A DNA stretch of 61,046 bases from positions 1 through 61,046 of the forward strand of contig CAZBVS010000001.1 of the NCBI GenBank assembly GCA_964495575.1, written 5' to 3'. The notes beneath the pieces were generated by a model. The model had not been told where the DNA came from, searched no databases, and worked only from the letters and a program-made list of their open reading frames with translations. A program made the translations under genes and the position numbers. How positions within the stretch are numbered: the first letter of the stretch is position 1; each line of letters starts with the position of its first letter. Origin of the DNA: an uncultured Candidatus Saccharibacteria bacterium. Lineage in GTDB: Bacteria; Patescibacteriota; Minisyncoccia; UBA6257; GWB1-50-10. Shown one piece after another: positions 18,466 through 28,334 of this stretch.

Positions 18466-19737
18466 TTATATCTTCAGTATATCAAGAAAACTCTTATTTT
18501 TGAAAGGGCCTATTACAGCTAAGTTAAGTTTTGAGTTATGAAACAAGTCTTTTGCTACAGATTGAATATCTTCTGAGCTTACCGCTTGAATTTTAGCAGC
18601 TAACTCATCAGGGGAAGTTAAGCCAAGATTTTTAACTCTTTGATTGATATAAAAACCAGCTAATCTATTAGAAGTTTCTAGCCCTAGATACATATTTCCT
18701 ATTATATTTCTTTTTGCCTTACCCAACTCTTTTTCATCAACAGCCTTTTCTTTCATTTTTTTAAACTCATTTAAAACTGCTTTTATCACACTCTCTGTCT
18801 TGTCGGTGCTTACCCCCGCTTTTGCTTGTATCACTCCACAGTTAGTATCAAGGCTGGTGTTTGAGTGTATATAGTACGCTGCCCCCATCTCGTCCCTTAT
18901 CTTTTTAAAAAGTCGAGAACTCATATTTCCTCCTAGTATGTTTGATAATACCCAGAGAGCAAATTTTCTTTCATCATGAGTATCAAAAGCTCTAAAGCCT
19001 AATATCAAATGAGCCTGATCAGAGTCTTTATATCTTACAAACTCTGCCGGTTTCTCTTGATCTTCTGTTACCTCAGGTAACTCAGGTGTGTCACCTTCCT
19101 TCTCTTTTCCAAATATCTTTTCAATCTTCTTTTTTAAATTTTTTTCACTATAACCGCCAGCTATTGCTAAAATTGTATTACTTGGTTTGTAATGTTTATT
19201 TCTGTACTGAACAAAATTATCTCTTTCTATATTTTTTATCACCTCCTTTCTTCCTGCTATTGACCAACCGGCAGGTTGATCTCCGTATAATACTTTAAGG
19301 AAATCATCCGATACTTTTCTCATTGGCATGTCTTCATACATGTTAATTTCCTCAATGATTACCCCTCTTTCCTTTTCCATTTCATCAGCTGGTAATGTAG
19401 AGTTTAGATAAAGATCAGACACAACTTCTAAAACCTTATCAAAATGTTTATTCTGAACCTTGGCATAATAAGCCGTTCTTTCTTGTCCGGTAAATGCATT
19501 ATACGAGGCCCCTAATCCATCTAGCTCTGTAGCGATTGCACTTGGCCCCGGTCTATTTTCCGTTCCTTTAAATGTCATATGTTCTAGAAAATGAGAAAGC
19601 CCCGATATTTCCTTGGTTTCATATTTTGAACCAACTTTAACTGCCACCATGACAGTGGTGGCAGGACTTTCCTTGCGAGGAACAAAAATTACTTCCATTC
19701 CGTTTTCTAGCTTGTATGATGTAAAATCTTTAGCCAT
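18466..19737 (-). CDS. M16-family (pitrilysin/insulinase-like) zinc peptidase
   Basis: Inverted zinc motif HFLEHMTFKGT near the N-terminus; two-domain length. Confidence 0.8.
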   Translation of the reverse strand: MAKDFTSYKLENGMEVIFVPRKESPATTVMVAVKVGSKYETKEISGLSHFLEHMTFKGTENRPGPSAIATELDGLGASYNAFTGQERTAYYAKVQNKHFDKVLEVVSDLYLNSTLPADEMEKERGVIIEEINMYEDMPMRKVSDDFLKVLYGDQPAGWSIAGRKEVIKNIERDNFVQYRNKHYKPSNTILAIAGGYSEKNLKKKIEKIFGKEKEGDTPELPEVTEDQEKPAEFVRYKDSDQAHLILGFRAFDTHDERKFALWVLSNILGGNMSSRLFKKIRDEMGAAYYIHSNTSLDTNCGVIQAKAGVSTDKTESVIKAVLNEFKKMKEKAVDEKELGKAKRNIIGNMYLGLETSNRLAGFYINQRVKNLGLTSPDELAAKIQAVSSEDIQSVAKDLFHNSKLNLAVIGPFKNKSFLDILKI

Positions 19738-21037
19738 TTAATTTTTTTGTTAAATAATTTTCCAGTTCTTTTATTTTTACCCGGTCTTGTTTCATGGTGT
19801 CTCTATCTCTAACTGTAACAGCGTTATCCTCAAGGGAATCAAAGTCATAAGTAATACAGAATGGTGTTCCTATCTCATCTTGGTAACGATACCTTTTACC
19901 AATATTTCCTCTCGCATCCCAGTCTGTCATCCACTTTTCTTTCAAGCTATCATATACTTCTTTTGCTTTTTCAACTAACTCAGGTTTGTTAGCCAAAAGA
20001 GGAAACACCGCCACTTTATACGGGGCTAGCTTTGGATGAAGCTTTAAGACTGTTCGATTATTTTCCTCATCTTCTTCGTATGCATCAATCAAGAAAAATA
20101 AAGCTGCTCTATCAATACCACCTGATGTTTCAATTATCCAAGGTAGGTATTTATCATGGGTTTCCGGGTCAGTGTACCTAAAATCTTCCCCAGAATGTTC
20201 CATATGTTGTTTAATATCCCAATCACCTCTATGATGAATTCCTTCAAACTCTTTCCAGTCTCCGTCTAAGTTGTACTCAATATCCCACGCATCTTGAGCA
20301 TAATGAGCTCGTTCATCTTCTTCGTGCTGTCGAAATCTCAAGTTTTCTTCATTAATTCCCAAGTTCTTATACCACTCCATTCTCTGTTTTTTCCAGTACC
20401 CGTACCATTTTTTAGATTCTTTCTCTTTTGGTTCTATATAAAACTGAAGTTCCATCTGTTCAAACTCTCGAGAGCGGAAGGTGAACTGGCCTGGTGTAAT
20501 CTCATTTCTAAATGCTTTTCCAACCTGGGCTATCCCGAAAGGAACCTGAACACGGGTTGAATCCAGTACATTTTTAAAGTTTGTATGAACCCCCTGAGTT
20601 ATCTCTCCTCGTAAAAAGCTAGTCTTCTTCTTTCCTTCTACAGAACCCAGTTTGGTTTCCACCATAAGATTAAACTCTTTTGGTTCTGTCATCTCCCCTC
20701 CACACTCAGGACACTCTTCGATATTTTTTCCAGCCTCTTCTAAGGTATCCGCTCTAAATCTTTTATGACATTTTTTACACTCCACTAAAGGATCAGAAAA
20801 TGAATCAAGATGACCGGAAGCTTCCCAAACATCTCTTTTCATGATGATGGACCCATCAAGACCAACCACATCATCTCGTTTCTGAACCATTGTTTTCCAG
20901 AACTCATCCTTAATATTTTTTTTCAGCTCAACTCCTAATGGACCATAATCCCATGTTCCAGCAAGACCCCCGTATATACTAGAGCCTTGGTATATAAAGC
21001 CTCGTCTTTTAGCTAACGATGAAATTTTTTCTAACAT
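19730..21037 (-). CDS. glyQS: glycine--tRNA ligase (dimeric GlyQS type)
   Basis: AKRRGFIYQGSSIYGGLAGTWDYGPLGVELKKNI, plus a Cys cluster CKKCHKRF...CPECG. Confidence 0.9.
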   Translation of the reverse strand: MLEKISSLAKRRGFIYQGSSIYGGLAGTWDYGPLGVELKKNIKDEFWKTMVQKRDDVVGLDGSIIMKRDVWEASGHLDSFSDPLVECKKCHKRFRADTLEEAGKNIEECPECGGEMTEPKEFNLMVETKLGSVEGKKKTSFLRGEITQGVHTNFKNVLDSTRVQVPFGIAQVGKAFRNEITPGQFTFRSREFEQMELQFYIEPKEKESKKWYGYWKKQRMEWYKNLGINEENLRFRQHEEDERAHYAQDAWDIEYNLDGDWKEFEGIHHRGDWDIKQHMEHSGEDFRYTDPETHDKYLPWIIETSGGIDRAALFFLIDAYEEDEENNRTVLKLHPKLAPYKVAVFPLLANKPELVEKAKEVYDSLKEKWMTDWDARGNIGKRYRYQDEIGTPFCITYDFDSLEDNAVTVRDRDTMKQDRVKIKELENYLTKKLNG

Positions 21038-21062
21038 ACTTATTTTAATTTATTGATTACTC

Positions 21063-22805
21063 CTATCGTATCACTATTCCTTGGGACATTTCAACCGAAC
21101 TATCATTTACCAGATTTGTGTTTAAAAACGTATCTGACGCCTGAAGCTTTTTGTTTGTGAAGGTGTCTACCGCTTCTAATCTAGTGTTGGCTAACAAGGA
21201 TTGAAACTGTCCCACATCCCTATTATCAGGCACCGCCTTTATTTGAAATATTCCTTCTACCGGAGATGTAATGACTCCCTGAGTGGCTTTTATATTATCT
21301 ATTCTCCAAACCACCTCCCCTTTATCTTTGTCATAACTAGGAACAGTATCAATGTTGCTTTTAACCTCTCCTGTCCAAGAAACTCCGTCTGGTAAATTAG
21401 CCGAGACCACCACATCTTTTATATCAGTGGAGTAGTTTCTAATAACCCAGTGTACAGTATATTTTGTAGGCTCCCCTACTTTTGGAGGTATTGTGCCCTC
21501 ATTTACAATTCCCGAAGGAGCATCTCTATAAAAACCTTGAGCATCAACCATCACCATTCCTTGAACCTTTGTTTTCAAAACTCTTCCTGCGGTTGTTTTG
21601 TTAGCCGAAAGATAATATGGCACAGAAGGCGATTCAAACTTTCCGTTCACCCTTAAATCAAAGTTTTTATCTCCTAATCTTTGGATAGGGAAGGCGTTCT
21701 TCAGACTTATATTAAGCTCCACCGTTCCTGACTCCCCGGGATTCAGAGTCTCTAGCTCTGGGTTAGTTGTTTTATCCCAAATAAGAGTATTATTTAAAGA
21801 ATCTAGTCTTGCATTAGAGGTTAATGTAGAAAAATCAAAAAGATCACCCATTAACTCCGCCCTTATCTCAGAGTCGTTCAGGGTAATCCCTGTCCCATTT
21901 TTATAACTTAGTTGATAATGCAGGTTATCCCCTATCTTAGCCACATAATTTTCATTACCTGATATCTTAATATTAAATCCAACGGGTGATTCTTCTATCT
22001 CTAACTGAGACTCTTTTTCTGACACTAAATACGATTTACCTAAAAAATTAGACAACATAGATACCTTAAAAACAGATTCTTCGGAATTAGATAAAGACCC
22101 TTTTATCACAAGACTTCCTTCGCCGTTCCCCTTTAGGGTCCCTATATTCCAATAATTATTAAAAGAAGAAGGAGCAAGATTAGAGGACATGTAATTAAAG
22201 TTATCTGGATAATCTACCTCTAATCCAAGATCAGAAAAATTAAAATCAGTTTTATTTTTATAATTAACTTTAACATCAAAGGTTGACCCTGCTAATATTT
22301 GCTCTGGTTTTTCAATATCAATGGATATTGCTGATTTATCAATTTTTATTTTTTTACTAAACTCCTTTTCAAAACTAGTTTTTCCAATACTATACGAAAG
22401 AGTTCCTGTAATCTTATATTCTTCTCCTGGTTCTCCTGTAGGAAGAATTCTATAAGTTCTTTTGCTTAAACCTTTTTCCCCGACCGTTCCTATCGTATCT
22501 CGTATCACTGATTGTTGGTCATTGTATTCTAAGCTTCTAAACCCTTCCTTAAAATCAAGCATTATCTTAACATCCTTTAAAAAACTTTGAGTTTGATTGT
22601 TAACCCCAACCTCAATTTCAAAAGGTACACTTCTTATCACCTCATCTTCTATAGAATCTATCTCAACCTCTATTTCATAGTCTGATGAGCTATAACTAAA
22701 GAAGAAAATCCCTACTCCTGCTACAATAGCAAGAGCTACTAACCCCATAATGATTGTAAGTTGTCTTAGGAAAGAAAGTCCCTTATCTTCTTTTTTCTTT
22801 GTCAT
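21063..22805 (-). CDS. membrane-anchored surface protein with repeated beta-sandwich-like modules
   Basis: N-terminal anchor IIMGLVALAIVAGVGIFFF, then several modules of about 100 aa with recurring patterns (F.VKVNYKN.T, LHYQLSYKNGTG, V.WVIRNYS). Family assignment is not secure. Confidence 0.5.
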   Translation of the reverse strand: MTKKKEDKGLSFLRQLTIIMGLVALAIVAGVGIFFFSYSSSDYEIEVEIDSIEDEVIRSVPFEIEVGVNNQTQSFLKDVKIMLDFKEGFRSLEYNDQQSVIRDTIGTVGEKGLSKRTYRILPTGEPGEEYKITGTLSYSIGKTSFEKEFSKKIKIDKSAISIDIEKPEQILAGSTFDVKVNYKNKTDFNFSDLGLEVDYPDNFNYMSSNLAPSSFNNYWNIGTLKGNGEGSLVIKGSLSNSEESVFKVSMLSNFLGKSYLVSEKESQLEIEESPVGFNIKISGNENYVAKIGDNLHYQLSYKNGTGITLNDSEIRAELMGDLFDFSTLTSNARLDSLNNTLIWDKTTNPELETLNPGESGTVELNISLKNAFPIQRLGDKNFDLRVNGKFESPSVPYYLSANKTTAGRVLKTKVQGMVMVDAQGFYRDAPSGIVNEGTIPPKVGEPTKYTVHWVIRNYSTDIKDVVVSANLPDGVSWTGEVKSNIDTVPSYDKDKGEVVWRIDNIKATQGVITSPVEGIFQIKAVPDNRDVGQFQSLLANTRLEAVDTFTNKKLQASDTFLNTNLVNDSSVEMSQGIVIR

Positions 22806-23343
22806 AGGTTTTTATTAAAAATTTATCTTCATTATTTATTTTACCCTCACATTTTTCACAAACATAGTCTTGTTCAGAAACTACAAAATATTTAACATCT
22901 TTTTTATCACAGATCATACACTTTGCAAGAGTAGGGTCATACCCAAGAATTTTTAACAGCTCTTTATCATTAAATCGAGCCTTCTTAAAACTTGATATGA
23001 GATAATACCACAACCTGTTATCCACCATATTAAACGGTGTGATCTCATCAATCAATGAAACCGTTTTCAGACCTTGAGATATATAATCCTCACTTTCTCT
23101 AACCTTCTCAAATCTATCTTTAGTTAATGCATCCGCTATCAAGAAATTATTCTTATTTATCAATCTTACAGTTGATAAATTCAAAACATCCAGGTGAGGA
23201 GAAAGTTTAGAAGTAGTTTTTCCACCGCTTATTGCTTTCACCTTTAATCTCCCTAAATCTTTCGTGTATAGACTAATCTGTTTATTCTTGTTAGCCCATG
23301 TTTTGGTTTTAAGGACTAGTGCCTCGGTTATGTGCTCGTTCAT
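22783..23343 (-). CDS. recO: DNA repair protein RecO (short form)
   Basis: N-terminal OB-fold pattern EALVLKTKTWANKNKQISLYTKDLGRLKVKA and C-terminal zinc finger CMICDKK...CEKC. Confidence 0.65.
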   Translation of the reverse strand: MNEHITEALVLKTKTWANKNKQISLYTKDLGRLKVKAISGGKTTSKLSPHLDVLNLSTVRLINKNNFLIADALTKDRFEKVRESEDYISQGLKTVSLIDEITPFNMVDNRLWYYLISSFKKARFNDKELLKILGYDPTLAKCMICDKKDVKYFVVSEQDYVCEKCEGKINNEDKFLIKTYDKEKRR

Positions 23344-23382
23344 TGCTTTATAATTGTATATTTTATTCTACCAAATACAAAT

Positions 23383-23410
23383 AAAAACACCGGCCTTAGA
23401 AAGACCGGTG
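23383..23410 (-). terminator. intrinsic terminator after the DoxX gene
   Basis: On the minus strand, caccgg-loop-ccggtg followed by tttttatttg. Confidence 0.55.
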
Positions 23411-23430
23411 AAATCATTCTTTATTAAGAA

Positions 23431-23832
23431 CTAGTATATCAACAACCTTAAAATACCATCTACACTAAAAGACCCTCCGCCCATAGTTATAAGAATGAAC
23501 ATTCCTGCCAAAAGAAGAAGTTCAAACTCGACTCCTCCTACGAAGTCTTCATCTTTCTTAACTGTTGCTAACAAGGCCATTATCTCGACAAAAAATAGAA
23601 CAGCCACTAACTGAGTCAAAAGACCAAACAAGATAAACAATCCTCCTACAAACTCCAGAAAAGCTGTTACAACATTCCAAAAGTTTTTAGACTCAAGATC
23701 AACTTCGTTCAAATCATTGTTATTTTTGATGTTTTTAACCTTAGGCCATCCATGGCTAATCATTATTAATCCAAGAACAACCCTCAGGGCTATAAGCGCC
23801 CAATCACTGAACACTAACAGAAATTGAATCAT
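23431..23832 (-). CDS. DoxX-family membrane protein
   Basis: ALRVVLGLIMISHGWPKV and four hydrophobic helices. Confidence 0.7.
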   Translation of the reverse strand: MIQFLLVFSDWALIALRVVLGLIMISHGWPKVKNIKNNNDLNEVDLESKNFWNVVTAFLEFVGGLFILFGLLTQLVAVLFFVEIMALLATVKKDEDFVGGVEFELLLLAGMFILITMGGGSFSVDGILRLLIY

Positions 23833-23834
23833 GT

Positions 23835-25172
23835 TTACATTTTATTTACAGCTTCTTTGAATGACTGGTATGAGGTAGAAATAATTAACTTATCACCTGA
23901 CCATCCGTAATTAAATGATGCGTTGCCACTTCCCAAAGATAGGTATCTACTTGTTACATCACCAACTCCACCATCCTTCCAAGAGGTCTCAGCCCCAACT
24001 TCGTTTAAGAAGAAATTCTTAACTGTTGCAACACTATCCTCAATTACTGATACCTTTGATTTTACATCATCTAAGTTAGCAGAACTTTTTGCTTGAAGAA
24101 TCATTCCCATCCAGGTTCCTGAATCGTCTGTGTAAGTGTAAACTGTTGGGTCAGCTTGAAACTTATCTTTAACTTCTGTAAATACTTCCGGGCCGAAAAC
24201 ACCAAGCAACTCATCCGCTTGAATTATGTTTTCATCCTCATCTGTTAACACAATCTCTCTGAAAAGAGGCACCTCGGTTGATGAAATCTTTAAAGCATTC
24301 TTAACACTATCAAGACTAACCGTTGATACTACTTTTTCTACTGTAGAATCAGCCGGGCTTGCAAATAAGGTTTGATGAGAGTTTGCCGGAATCTCACTCG
24401 TTCCCTCGTCTGCTGTTTCTTCCTCCTCTTCTACGTCTTGAGACTCATCTTCAGTGTCAGTTTCGGTAGTAGTTGTGTTATCTGTTTGCTCTTCGTCTGC
24501 TGGGGTTGCTTCCTCATCTGCTGAAGGGACTGTAGGAACATCAACTTCTCCTCCTTCTTCACCATCTTCTGTGGTTGTAGCGGTTGCAGCCGGTTGATTA
24601 TTTTCATCTGCCGGAGCTCCTTCATTGCTAGATAGCATTGGTAAAACAAAGAAATATACAGCAGCCAGAATTCCTAATACAATAATGGCTACTAATATTC
24701 CGATGAATAACTTTTTATTACCCTTGCCCTTATCAACTTTCTTTTCTGGACCGATAGGGGTGACATCACTCCCGCCTTCCTGAGGAGGTTCTGCTCCTCC
24801 TCCTTGATTCATCGGCTGAGGTGGAAAATCATTACCACCTTCATCTCCTTGGTTCTGTTGATTGTTCACAGGAGGAAACTGTTCTCCTTCTGAGTTTTCA
24901 AAAGGTTTATTATTAAAAGATTTGTTTTGACCTTGGTTACCACCTTGATTATTTTGCTGAGGCAGGTTCTGAGGTGGTGTATTGTTTTGTTGTTGATTCT
25001 GTCCTGACTCATCAGGTGCGTAAGATTTTGGTTCACCTCCGCCCTGTTCTTGAATAGAGTTCTTATCTGAGTTCATAGTTCTTAATTTAATTTTTTTAAA
25101 GCGAGAAGGCCCTTCTGTTTTATTTTTATTATAGACCGACTCATTATTTTGACCTTGATTTTTTTGTTTCAT
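23835..25172 (-). CDS. hypothetical single-pass membrane protein with Q/N/G/P-rich cytoplasmic and D/E/T-rich external low-complexity regions
   Basis: QQQNNTPPQNLPQQNNQGGNQGQN tract, transmembrane helix LFIGILVAIIVLGILAAVYFFVLP, then TTTETDTEDESQDVEEEEE, then a structured C-terminal domain of about 180 aa. Confidence 0.55.
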   Translation of the reverse strand: MKQKNQGQNNESVYNKNKTEGPSRFKKIKLRTMNSDKNSIQEQGGGEPKSYAPDESGQNQQQNNTPPQNLPQQNNQGGNQGQNKSFNNKPFENSEGEQFPPVNNQQNQGDEGGNDFPPQPMNQGGGAEPPQEGGSDVTPIGPEKKVDKGKGNKKLFIGILVAIIVLGILAAVYFFVLPMLSSNEGAPADENNQPAATATTTEDGEEGGEVDVPTVPSADEEATPADEEQTDNTTTTETDTEDESQDVEEEEETADEGTSEIPANSHQTLFASPADSTVEKVVSTVSLDSVKNALKISSTEVPLFREIVLTDEDENIIQADELLGVFGPEVFTEVKDKFQADPTVYTYTDDSGTWMGMILQAKSSANLDDVKSKVSVIEDSVATVKNFFLNEVGAETSWKDGGVGDVTSRYLSLGSGNASFNYGWSGDKLIISTSYQSFKEAVNKM

Positions 25173-25270
25173 GTTTATTTACAGACGATTAATCATTAAA
25201 GATAAACCGTCTTTGTATAAATTATACCTTGTTGTTAATAATTTTAAAACAAATTTTATTGTTTATAAAC

Positions 25271-25297
25271 AAAAACACCGCATATTAATGCGGTGTT
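25271..25297 (-). terminator. intrinsic terminator after pnp
   Basis: Stem aacaccgcat/atgcggtgtt with a 4-nt loop, followed on the minus strand by tttttgtttat. Confidence 0.7.
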
Positions 25298-25317
25298 CTC
25301 TGTATATCTTTACTAAA

Positions 25318-27345
25318 CTATTTCTTAACCTCTTCTAAAGATAACCCTATCTTACCGTTCTCAACCTTTTTAACTTTTGCTTTCACAACGTCTCCTTTTT
25401 CTACAACATCAGTTACATTTTCAGTATATCCATCTGCTAACTCAGAGACGTGAATCATTCCATCCTTCCCGCCTCCTAAATCAACGATAGCTCCGAAATC
25501 AAGAGTTTTAATTATCTCTCCTTCGATAACATCGCCTGGCTTATACTCCTTGGTAACTTTTTTTACCATGTCCAAAGCTTTTTCAGCCGCTTCTTTATCA
25601 GGACTTGAGATAAATATTGATCCATCATCATCTATATCAATGGTAGTATCATGTCCTACTGTTTCTGTAATGTTGTTTATTGTCTTTCCTCCTGGACCGA
25701 TAACCAAACCTATCTGATCTTCTTTAACTTTATGAGTCAGAATCGCAGGAGCATATTTAGACAACTTTTTTCTAGGAGATTTAATAACCTTATTCATTGA
25801 ATCAAGAATTTCAAGACGTGCTTTCCTTGCTTGAGGAAGTGCCTCCTTAAACATTTTTGTGGTTAATCCATCAACCTTTACATCCATCTGAATAGCATTT
25901 ATTCCTTCTTCTGTTCCTGCTACCTTTAAGTCCATTCCTCCATAATGATCTTCGGGTCCTTGAATATCGGTCAATATTTTGTACTCTTCGGTTTCCTCAT
26001 CATACATAAGACCCATTGCTATTCCAGCTACATGATCTTTTATTGGCACCCCGGCGTCCATCAAAGACAAAGAGGTTGCACATACAGTAGCCATAGAAGA
26101 AGAACCATTAGAAGATAATGTTTCTGCCACTACTCTTATAGTGTATGGGAAGTCTTCCTTTTCAGGAATAAATGGTTCAATTGCTTTCTTAGCTAAAGCA
26201 CCATGACCGATCTCTCTTCTCCCGGGAGAATGAGCTCTACCTGCTTGCCCCACAGAAAAATCAGGGAAGTTGTAATGGAGTAAGAATCTTTTTGTTCCTG
26301 ACATCTCAATAGTTTCTACTAACTGTTCTGATCCTGGAGGGGCGGTGGTGGTTACAGCAAGAAGCTGAGTATCACCTCTCATAAACAAACCAGAACCATG
26401 AGTTCTTTCGAACAAACTAACCTCAGAAGATAACGGCCTTACTTCATTCATGTCTCTCCCGTCTATTCTCTTTTCTTCATCAATTGCTTTTCTTACTACA
26501 TACTTATTAACCTTTTTCTTCATAAAGTAGTGAGCGGCTTTCTTCTCTTCGTCTAATTCATTTTCTTCAATATATTCATCAAGCTCATCAAAGATGCTGT
26601 CTATATCATTTTCTTCAAAAGCCTTATCCATGTTCTCTGCCATAATTTTCTCAATTTTCTTTTTCAGCTCCTCAGAAACACCTTCAAACTCAATTTCCTG
26701 CTTTTCTTTCCCTATCTTATCTATTATTCCTTTCTGGAATTTTACTAACCTGTTTATCTCCTTCAAGCCTTGATCAAAGTATTTGATAACTTCTTCTTCT
26801 TTAGTCTCGTCTCCTCCGTACTCAATCATATTTACCTTTCCATCTATTCCGGCAAACAAAGAGTTTTCCACCGGCTTAGATGCTGCAACAGGCCCGTCCC
26901 ACGGAATATCAGAAATCCCTAAGGCCAATGAAGCAGACATAAGGCCTATTATATCCGGGTCATGTTCTTCGTCATATGCCAGAACAGTTATTACTATCTG
27001 AATAGAGTTTCTTAACCGGCTATCAAACAACGGTCTTATTGTTCTATCAATTAACCGAGCAGTTAACGTTGCTTCTGTAGAAGGTCTTCCCTCACGCCTT
27101 ACAAAACGGCTACCCAGTATTTTTCCAACTGCGTAATATCTCTCTTCATAATCTACCGTAAGAGGGAAGAAAGGTAGATCACTTGGCTCATCGTCCATTG
27201 TTGCTGTAGCTAAAACAACTGTTTCTCCATAAGTTCCGAGAACAGCTCCGTCAGCTTGCTTAGCTACTTCAGAGACTTCAAAAGTAGCTTTCTCACCATT
27301 TATTTTTGTCTCAAATTTCTGTCTATTTATTTTTTGTTTTTTCAT
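25318..27345 (-). CDS. pnp: polyribonucleotide nucleotidyltransferase (PNPase)
   Basis: Two RNase PH domains plus KH and S1 (GDVIEGEIIKTLDFGAIVDL); typical N-terminus GETVVLATA. Confidence 0.95.
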   Translation of the reverse strand: MKKQKINRQKFETKINGEKATFEVSEVAKQADGAVLGTYGETVVLATATMDDEPSDLPFFPLTVDYEERYYAVGKILGSRFVRREGRPSTEATLTARLIDRTIRPLFDSRLRNSIQIVITVLAYDEEHDPDIIGLMSASLALGISDIPWDGPVAASKPVENSLFAGIDGKVNMIEYGGDETKEEEVIKYFDQGLKEINRLVKFQKGIIDKIGKEKQEIEFEGVSEELKKKIEKIMAENMDKAFEENDIDSIFDELDEYIEENELDEEKKAAHYFMKKKVNKYVVRKAIDEEKRIDGRDMNEVRPLSSEVSLFERTHGSGLFMRGDTQLLAVTTTAPPGSEQLVETIEMSGTKRFLLHYNFPDFSVGQAGRAHSPGRREIGHGALAKKAIEPFIPEKEDFPYTIRVVAETLSSNGSSSMATVCATSLSLMDAGVPIKDHVAGIAMGLMYDEETEEYKILTDIQGPEDHYGGMDLKVAGTEEGINAIQMDVKVDGLTTKMFKEALPQARKARLEILDSMNKVIKSPRKKLSKYAPAILTHKVKEDQIGLVIGPGGKTINNITETVGHDTTIDIDDDGSIFISSPDKEAAEKALDMVKKVTKEYKPGDVIEGEIIKTLDFGAIVDLGGGKDGMIHVSELADGYTENVTDVVEKGDVVKAKVKKVENGKIGLSLEEVKK

Positions 27346-27420
27346 AATTTATTTTTATTAATTTATACGACTAATTAGCTCTCTATTTAATAGAGAGAAT
27401 ATGAACTATTTAAAGGGTTT

Positions 27421-27470
27421 TAGACACATCCGAATAACTCGAAATATTTCGGGACATTCGGATGTATCTA
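27421..27470 (-). promoter_or_regulatory. long imperfect hairpin in the pnp 5' leader
   Basis: tagacacatccgaat...attcggatgtatcta encloses the inner palindrome cgaaatatttcg. Lies 75-125 nt upstream of the pnp start. Confidence 0.45.
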
Positions 27471-27491
27471 TAATTGCCATTCTTTAAATAG

Positions 27492-28016
27492 TTATTTTTT
27501 ATTACCTTTTTTAGGGATATTCATCAGAAGCTTGCTGAACTTCTCAATTTTCAAGAAACGATCAGCCGACTCTATTAAGTCTGATGAGGCAGTTTTAGTG
27601 AAAGCACCCACCTCTACTTGTTTACCCAACCCCCATTTTAGGTACTCAACAAGAGGTATAAAGTCACCGTCTCCAGTTACTATAATCACTGAATCAAGCG
27701 TTCGTGAGATGCGGATTGCATCTACCGCCATTCCTACATCCCAGTCAGCTTTCTTAGCTCCGCCAGGAAAAGTTTGTAAATCTTTTACTCTTAGCTCAAA
27801 CCCCGCCTTTTTCAAAGCTTCAAAAAAGTCTTTTTCTCCTAAAGCAGTCTCACTTTTAACAACATAGGCTACTGCACGTACTAAAATACGATCACCTACT
27901 AATTTCTTCAGGAGTTTTTTAAAATTAACTCTTGCGTTATATATGTTTTTTGCTGAATGATAAAGGTTCTGTACATCAACAAAAACGCCTACTCTTTGAT
28001 CTTTCTGCTGTATCAT
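27492..28016 (-). CDS. NYN-domain (LabA/DUF88-like) putative ribonuclease
   Basis: VGVFVDVQNLYHSA..., KADWDVGMAVDAI and IIVTGDGDFIPLVEYLK motifs. Lies 2 nt downstream of rpsO. Confidence 0.75.
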   Translation of the reverse strand: MIQQKDQRVGVFVDVQNLYHSAKNIYNARVNFKKLLKKLVGDRILVRAVAYVVKSETALGEKDFFEALKKAGFELRVKDLQTFPGGAKKADWDVGMAVDAIRISRTLDSVIIVTGDGDFIPLVEYLKWGLGKQVEVGAFTKTASSDLIESADRFLKIEKFSKLLMNIPKKGNKK

Positions 28017-28018
28017 AA

Positions 28019-28291
28019 TTATCTCCTCTCAATTCCTAGCTCCTTGGTCAACTTTTTATAATTTTCTTCATTCTCTTGTTTTAGGTAGTTAAGGAGCCTT
28101 CTTCTTTTTCCGACCATTTTCAAAAGACCTCTTCTTGAGTGGTGGTCCTTTTTATGTTTTTTCAAATGATCAGCTAACTTTGAAATCCGTTTGGTTAGCA
28201 AACCAATCTGAACCTCAGCTGATCCAGTATCTTTTTTATGTTTTTGAGTTTTTTTAATAGTAGACTGTTTCTGTCTTTTAGATAAAGCCAT
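28019..28291 (-). CDS. rpsO: 30S ribosomal protein S15
   Basis: [14 protein letters not shown]...[48 protein letters not shown]. Start set at ATG 28291; the ORF-track extension covers a promoter-like region. Confidence 0.9.
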   Translation of the reverse strand: MALSKRQKQSTIKKTQKHKKDTGSAEVQIGLLTKRISKLADHLKKHKKDHHSRRGLLKMVGKRRRLLNYLKQENEENYKKLTKELGIERR

Positions 28292-28334
28292 ATATAATGT
28301 AATTTTAATATTTATTTTACTTTTTCTAATTCCA

